A DNA stretch of 64,000 nt from Candidatus Micrarchaeota archaeon (GTDB lineage: Archaea; Micrarchaeota; Micrarchaeia; Anstonellales; Bilamarchaeaceae). Within the stretch, counting starts at the first letter, position 1, and every line of letters begins with the position of its first letter. Shown here piece by piece: positions 58,750 to 64,000 of this stretch. The position numbers and the translations under genes are program-made. The DNA lies in assembly GCA_038046765.1 (NCBI GenBank), contig JBBSVN010000002.1, positions 57,929 to 121,928 on the forward strand, read 5' to 3'. Below the pieces are notes generated by a model that was given only the letters and a program-made list of their open reading frames with translations, was not told the origin of the DNA and did no database searches.

Positions 58750-59169
58750 AAAACTTAGAGATCCTGAGAATTTTCCCGGCTTTCTTCAAGTCCAAAAAAA
58801 CTTGAAAACATCATTGCCTAGACAGATTATTCAAACAATTTCCCATTAGTCAATCAATTCCTTATCTATGTTTTCCACTAGCAATTGCGGTGTACCATTG
58901 CTTTTTCTTTAGTACCTTCTTTAGCAATCTCCTGCTTGGCTATTTGTTTAACTACGATTAAAGAAAGTTCTAAATCTGCTTTATGCAAGGCTCGGAGTAA
59001 CAATGAATTTTTAACGATAGAGTACATCTCTGCTCTGCTTATTTTTCCTTTATTGTTTCGACCTTGGGTCGAATACCTAGCCGCTTGCGGCGGCTGGTTA
59101 TAAATTCTTGACTAGCTAATTCTATGTATGTCAAAGAAGAAGATCATCACACCACGATTAACAAATTAG

Positions 59170-59208
59170 AAGTATAATTTCAACTTTTAGCATAAAGTTG
59201 AAAGTATG
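59170..59208. repeat. Direct repeat B, copy 1 (palindrome TTTCAACTTT-N6-AAAGTTGAAA)
   Basis: 38/39 identical to 60410-60448. Confidence 0.95.
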
Positions 59209-59238
59209 GTTTAAAAACCTTAGCTAGACAATTATGAT

Positions 59239-60417
59239 ATGATTTCAACAGCAACATGGGAAGACATACTTAAGGAAAGCAAAAATTTAATTTCAAATAG
59301 CAATAGTCTAAAAGAACGTGAAGAAGAAAAACTTCTATTAGAACAAAACGAAAAAACTAAGTATGCAACAATAATAACGGGGGTAAGAAGAAGTGGAAAG
59401 AGTAAAATGCTTCAAAGAGTAGCATCAAAACTTAAAAATGATGTATATCTTATAAATTTTGAAGATGAGCGGCTGATAAATGCCAAAGTTGAAGATTTAA
59501 CGACCTTATCTAAATTAGTTAACTTAAATGATTCCACAGTTGTTCTTGATGAAATACAAAATATCGATGCATGGGAAAAATGGGTACGTAGGCATTTAGA
59601 GATAGGTAAAACAAAGTTTTTTATAACTGGATCTAATGCATCTTTACTTTCTGGAGAATACGCGACTTTACTTACAGGAAGAAATAAAGTAATTACTGTT
59701 TTTCCTTTGTCTTTTCGAGAATACAAAAAACATACGAATAGAACATTTGAAGAATACCTAAAAGAAGGAGGATTTCCGGAACCTGTTTTTTCCTCTGATT
59801 CAGCATTAACGCAACAATACAAATATGATATATTATACAAAGATATAATTTCTCGATATAAAATAAGAGAAGTTCGAGAAATAGAAACGTTATTTTTTCA
59901 TATTTTAGAAAATCCAGGTATAATTGCGTCTAAGAAGAGACTAGGTTCATTAGTTAATATAAGTCATGTAACTTTAAGAAAATTTTTGCATTATTTTACT
60001 CAAACATATGCGGTTTATAAGATAGACAAATATGCAACTTCTACTTACGAAAAAGAGAATACTCCCTCTAAAACATACCTCGTCGACAATGGTCTAATAT
60101 CTAAAAAAGAAAGTAAGGGCAGAATGTTTGAAAGTTGCATTTTCCAAGAGCTAAAAAGAAATATTCAAAATATAACCTATTATTCAACACCAAAACATGA
60201 AATCGATTTTATAGCGAATAATAAGGCAATACAAGTATGTTATGAATTAAACTCAGAAAATTTAGAGCGGGAAATAAATCCGTTGGTGCAAGTAAAAAAT
60301 CTCGAGAAAATTTTAATATGCGCCTATGGATATGAAAATGTAGAAATACCTGAAAATATTAAAGTTATCTCCGCACAGGCATTTTTGGAAAACTCAGGGC
60401 AGTATTTGAAAGTATAG
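59239..60417 (+). CDS. AAA_14 / DUF4143 ATPase with C-terminal PD-(D/E)xK-like domain
   Basis: ITGVRRSGKS, INFEDER, LDEIQ, ITGSNA, GGFPE, YLVDNG, HEIDF…IQVC. Confidence 0.92.
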   Translation: MISTATWEDILKESKNLISNSNSLKEREEEKLLLEQNEKTKYATIITGVRRSGKSKMLQRVASKLKNDVYLINFEDERLINAKVEDLTTLSKLVNLNDSTVVLDEIQNIDAWEKWVRRHLEIGKTKFFITGSNASLLSGEYATLLTGRNKVITVFPLSFREYKKHTNRTFEEYLKEGGFPEPVFSSDSALTQQYKYDILYKDIISRYKIREVREIETLFFHILENPGIIASKKRLGSLVNISHVTLRKFLHYFTQTYAVYKIDKYATSTYEKENTPSKTYLVDNGLISKKESKGRMFESCIFQELKRNIQNITYYSTPKHEIDFIANNKAIQVCYELNSENLEREINPLVQVKNLEKILICAYGYENVEIPENIKVISAQAFLENSGQYLKV

Positions 60418-60448
60418 TTTCAACTTTTAGCATAAAGTTGAAAGTATG
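60410..60448. repeat. Direct repeat B, copy 2 (overlaps the ATPase stop codon)
   Basis: aagtatagtttcaacttttagcataaagttgaaagtatg. Confidence 0.95.
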
Positions 60449-60531
60449 ATATCAATAAAGAGAAAAATCTCTAATGTTGAGAGGAAATTAAGAGGTTTAA
60501 TTATTCAATAAATATTATAGAGGCTAAATCT

Positions 60532-61761
60532 ATGTCAATCCTAATCAAAAACACAACAGTCGTTACACAAAATCCAAATCGTGAAATTCTTCGTGATTGC
60601 GATGTCTTTATTAGTGAGAACATAATCGAACAAGTTGGTAAGAACATAAAAGAAAAAGCAGAATTTGTAGTTGACGGGACAAACAAGATCGCAATTCCGG
60701 GATTAATCAATATGCATACGCATGTTGGTATGACTTCTCTTCGAGGTTTAGGCGAAGATTTACCATTACATGAATGGCTAAATAAAAAGATTTGGCCACA
60801 AGAAGCCAAGTTAACTTCAAAAGATGTTTACGAAGGCGCAAGAATTGGTGTTTTAGAAAGTTTTTCATCTGGTGTAACGTGTATTAATGAAATGTATCTT
60901 AAAAATTTAGATCAGATTGCAGGCGTTTGTGCCAACGAAGGAATGCGTGCAACAATTTCTCTAGGTATGTTTGACCTTTTGCCAGACAACTCACTAGAAG
61001 ACGAATTTGAAAAAACAAAAAAATTCGTTTCAAACTGGAGTAACAAGAGCGATCTAATAACTCTCGCTATATCCTGTCATGCTCCTTACACATGCAGCAA
61101 AGAACTTCTAATTAAATCAAAGGAATTTGCCAATAAAAACAAGCTTAAGTTTCATATACACATAAGCGAAACACGAAAAGAAATCTTCGGTTGTCTAAAT
61201 AAATACGCAAAATATCCAATCGAATTTCTTGATGAAATAGGTTTAATAGACCAAAATACTATTCTAGCTCATGCAAGTTGGGTAACAAAACGAGAGATCG
61301 GGATTGTTGCAAAAAGAAAAGCCACAATAGTAAATTGCCCGATTAGCCATCTAAAACTAGCTACTGGCGGAATTTGCCCAGTTCGAGAATATTTTGAACA
61401 AGGTGCTAATGTAACTCTTGGAACTGATGGGGCAGCTAGTAACAATTCATTAAATATGTTTGAAACCATGAAAATGTCTTCTCTACTTCAAAAACATCAT
61501 TACTGGAAAGCTGATGCTGTTCCAACACAAAAATTCTTGGATTTTGCAACGATTAATGGGGCAAAAGCACTAGGAATAAATGCGGGAAGCATCAAAAAAG
61601 GAAAACTAGCAGATATTGTATTACTCGATCGCTCGGTAAACATGCAGCCTGAAAACGATTTAATTTCAAACATTGTTTATTCTGCTAATCCATCTAACGT
61701 AAGCGATGTAATTGTGAATGGGGAGGCAGTTGTACGAGACAAAGTTCATATTTTATCATAA
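60532..61761 (+). CDS. Amidohydrolase (MTA/SAH deaminase-like)
   Basis: PGLINMHTH, CHAPYTCS, HIHISET, LAH, LGTDGAASNNSL. Confidence 0.9.
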   Translation: MSILIKNTTVVTQNPNREILRDCDVFISENIIEQVGKNIKEKAEFVVDGTNKIAIPGLINMHTHVGMTSLRGLGEDLPLHEWLNKKIWPQEAKLTSKDVYEGARIGVLESFSSGVTCINEMYLKNLDQIAGVCANEGMRATISLGMFDLLPDNSLEDEFEKTKKFVSNWSNKSDLITLAISCHAPYTCSKELLIKSKEFANKNKLKFHIHISETRKEIFGCLNKYAKYPIEFLDEIGLIDQNTILAHASWVTKREIGIVAKRKATIVNCPISHLKLATGGICPVREYFEQGANVTLGTDGAASNNSLNMFETMKMSSLLQKHHYWKADAVPTQKFLDFATINGAKALGINAGSIKKGKLADIVLLDRSVNMQPENDLISNIVYSANPSNVSDVIVNGEAVVRDKVHILS

Positions 61762-61938
61762 TTCTATATTTCGTCACCTGTCGTACCTTTAATCTGTTCA
61801 AAAGCAAACGTTTAAATATAACCTATGCAGCAAAGATAGTACGAATGTTTATAAATCTACTTGTATTTGATGCGAAAAACTATCTAAAACGGGAGATTTA
61901 TTACTGAATATTACTAAAATATGGAGGGTGGTGAATTT

Positions 61939-62856
61939 ATGTCTAGTTCTAATCCAACAAAATGTCCGGAATGCGCGGGAACTCGTATTATACGGGACTA
62001 TGAAAAAGGAGAATTGCTATGCGGTGCATGCGGTTTAATAATTTCAGAAAATATTGAAGATCAGGGTCCAGAATGGCGCGCTTTTGATGCTGAACAAAAA
62101 GGTAAAAGAGCAAGAGGAGGAGCTCCAATTCGTTATATGCGGCCAAACAAAGGTCTAGTCACCGAAATTGACCAATATAATCGAGATATTCGGGGAGGTA
62201 AAATTTCTCCAAAGAAACAAGCTCAATTATACAGAATGAGAAAATGGCATAAAAGAGTAAGTATTGCAACTTCTATGGAAAGGAACCTAGTAATTGCATT
62301 AGCTGAATTAGATCGAGTTTCATCGGCATTAGGCTTACCAGAAAATATCAAGGAAAGTGCAGCATTACTTTATAGAAAAGCAGTTAAGGCAGAGTTAATC
62401 CGAGGAAGGTTAATTGAGAGCGTTGTTGCAGCTGTAATCTATGCTATCTGCAGAATCCAACTTATTCCAAGAACTTTAGATGAAATATCTAAATCAAGCG
62501 GAATTGAAAAGAAGGAAATTGGACGAGCGTATAGGTTCTTAAAAACTGAACTTAACGTTGAAGTTCCATTAACTGACCCAAGTCAGTATGTACCAAAGTT
62601 CGCTACAGCTTTGCGTTTAAGCGGTGAAATCCAGGAGGAAGCCATAAAATTGATTAAAAAATCCTTAAAGAAAGGTTTAATCTCTGGTAGAGGTCCAACT
62701 GGTGTTGCTGCAGCTGCTTTATACATTGCAAGTGCAATGCATGGAGAGAAGCGAACACAAAAAGAAGTAGCTGATGTTGCTGGTGTAACTGAAGTTACTA
62801 TCAGGAACAGGTACAGAGAACTTAAGAAAGAACTTGGGCTAAAAGTTAACCTGTAA
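61939..62856 (+). CDS. tfb: Transcription initiation factor IIB (TFB)
   Basis: CPEC…CGACG Zn ribbon, GPEWRAF, two cyclin repeats, GVTEVTIRNRY. ATG after GGTGA. Confidence 0.98.
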   Translation: MSSSNPTKCPECAGTRIIRDYEKGELLCGACGLIISENIEDQGPEWRAFDAEQKGKRARGGAPIRYMRPNKGLVTEIDQYNRDIRGGKISPKKQAQLYRMRKWHKRVSIATSMERNLVIALAELDRVSSALGLPENIKESAALLYRKAVKAELIRGRLIESVVAAVIYAICRIQLIPRTLDEISKSSGIEKKEIGRAYRFLKTELNVEVPLTDPSQYVPKFATALRLSGEIQEEAIKLIKKSLKKGLISGRGPTGVAAAALYIASAMHGEKRTQKEVADVAGVTEVTIRNRYRELKKELGLKVNL

Positions 62857-63051
62857 TCTTTAGTTTATTTTTTCTTATTTTTTAAATTTTTATTATTTTT
62901 TTATTTATTTTTGTTGTTTAATTCTGTTTTTTCTATTTCTCTAATATTTATTTCTGTTCTTGTATTTTCGTTCTATTTTAAATTGTTTTTAATCTAAGTA
63001 CTTATATTGATGAAAATGCAATACCTCCTAGGAATCTAGAAATAGGTTTCG

Positions 63052-63130
63052 ATGACGATGATCTTGAGTTCTGAACAAAGTGAAGAATCAAGAGATTGCA
63101 ACACAAAGTTGCAGGATCTTCCAGTTCTGA
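63052..63130 (+). ncRNA. Box C/D guide sRNA candidate
   Basis: C ATGACGA (63052), 12-nt guide, D' CTGA (63071), C' GTGAAGA (63080), guide with hairpin insert, D CTGA (63127). Confidence 0.75.
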
Positions 63131-63226
63131 ACGAACTAAGTGCATTTTTTATCTAGTTAGTTTTCCACCTAAGCAAATCCACACTCTTTTTTAAATCTAG
63201 TCGTGCGTATAAGAACTGGTGATAAT

Positions 63227-64000
63227 GTGAAAAAACTAAACGTCGTTTTTGCAATTTTATTAGTCTCGTTGTTATTTTTTGGTTGCACTAATCTAAACCC
63301 ACAAAGTGGTACCTCTACAATAATGCCATCAAGAGGGGAAGTAGGTATCGGAGCAGCTCCCGCCCCTTCAATACCTGCAGAAAAATATGATTCAACTAGT
63401 TCACAACTCTCATCTTCACCCGTATCAAAATTAATCATAAAAACAGGTAATGCCCAAGTAGAAGTACCAAGTGGAACTATAAAAGACAGATATGCTAAAC
63501 TTAGCAATTTAATTTCAAATTACGGGGCTGAAATTACAGATAATTCCTATACCGAAACAGAAAACGAAAAATATTATTATACAACCGTAAAAATCGATAC
63601 AAATAAGTTTGATTCTTTTTCTAAAGATCTTGGGTCGGTTGGTACAATAAAATCTTTGTCAAGTAATAGCCAGGATATTACAACACAGTATATTGATGTT
63701 AGTGCAAAGCTAGATAATTTAAACGCAACACGAACTCGTGTTTTGGCGCTATACAATAAAACTGATAATATAAGTGAAATCCTGCAGCTAGAACAGGAGT
63801 TAAATCGGCTTCAATATGAAATCGATAGCACTACGCAACAAAAATTATACTATGAACGACAGTCTGCAAAAGCGACAATGAATATACGGCTATTTGAAAC
63901 CTTACCTGTAGTAAACACGAGTGTGATAGACCCACTTAGTCAAATTGTAAATGTTTTTCTTGGTGGATTAACTACCGCACTTTCAATGATCGCGGGGCTC
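63227..64000 (+). CDS. DUF4349-like lipoprotein (runs off the window end)
   Basis: Not in the ORF track. GTG after GGTGA; MKKLNVVFAILLVSLLFFG-C lipobox; LIIKTGNAQVEV…SQDITTQYID…EILQLEQELNRLQYEID. Confidence 0.88.
   Translation, partial: MKKLNVVFAILLVSLLFFGCTNLNPQSGTSTIMPSRGEVGIGAAPAPSIPAEKYDSTSSQLSSSPVSKLIIKTGNAQVEVPSGTIKDRYAKLSNLISNYGAEITDNSYTETENEKYYYTTVKIDTNKFDSFSKDLGSVGTIKSLSSNSQDITTQYIDVSAKLDNLNATRTRVLALYNKTDNISEILQLEQELNRLQYEIDSTTQQKLYYERQSAKATMNIRLFETLPVVNTSVIDPLSQIVNVFLGGLTTALSMIAGL

Noticed and set aside
58885..59103. 72-aa plus-strand ORF
   Set aside because: TTG start without an RBS, no motif, and it runs through the GC hairpins; probably non-coding or a decayed fragment.

Overview
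AT-rich archaeal chromosome segment: archaeal TFB, TFE, Topo VI, uS13-uS4-uS11-Rpo3 cluster, EF-1beta, SepF, ScpA and GGTGA ribosome-binding sites. Gene content and the multi-intron tRNA suggest a DPANN lineage, probably Micrarchaeota (inference). Housekeeping genes alternate with accessory loci. The most notable are: (1) a chromosomal five-gene membrane operon built on an apparently split VirB4-like ATPase (2.6-8.9 kb); (2) a 14-kb run of very large orphan genes ending in a 1806-aa exported protein whose C-terminal half looks like a large beta-barrel (38-52 kb); (3) a tRNA-Arg(GCG) with three BHB introns, one 172 nt long and highly structured; (4) a box C/D sRNA whose guides match tRNA anticodon loops at position 34; (5) small accessory genes, each bracketed by its own directly repeated hairpin; (6) dispersed degenerate heptamer arrays. 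I saw no CRISPR array, rRNA, integrase or intact transposase. All family calls come from reading motifs by eye; no database search was run.
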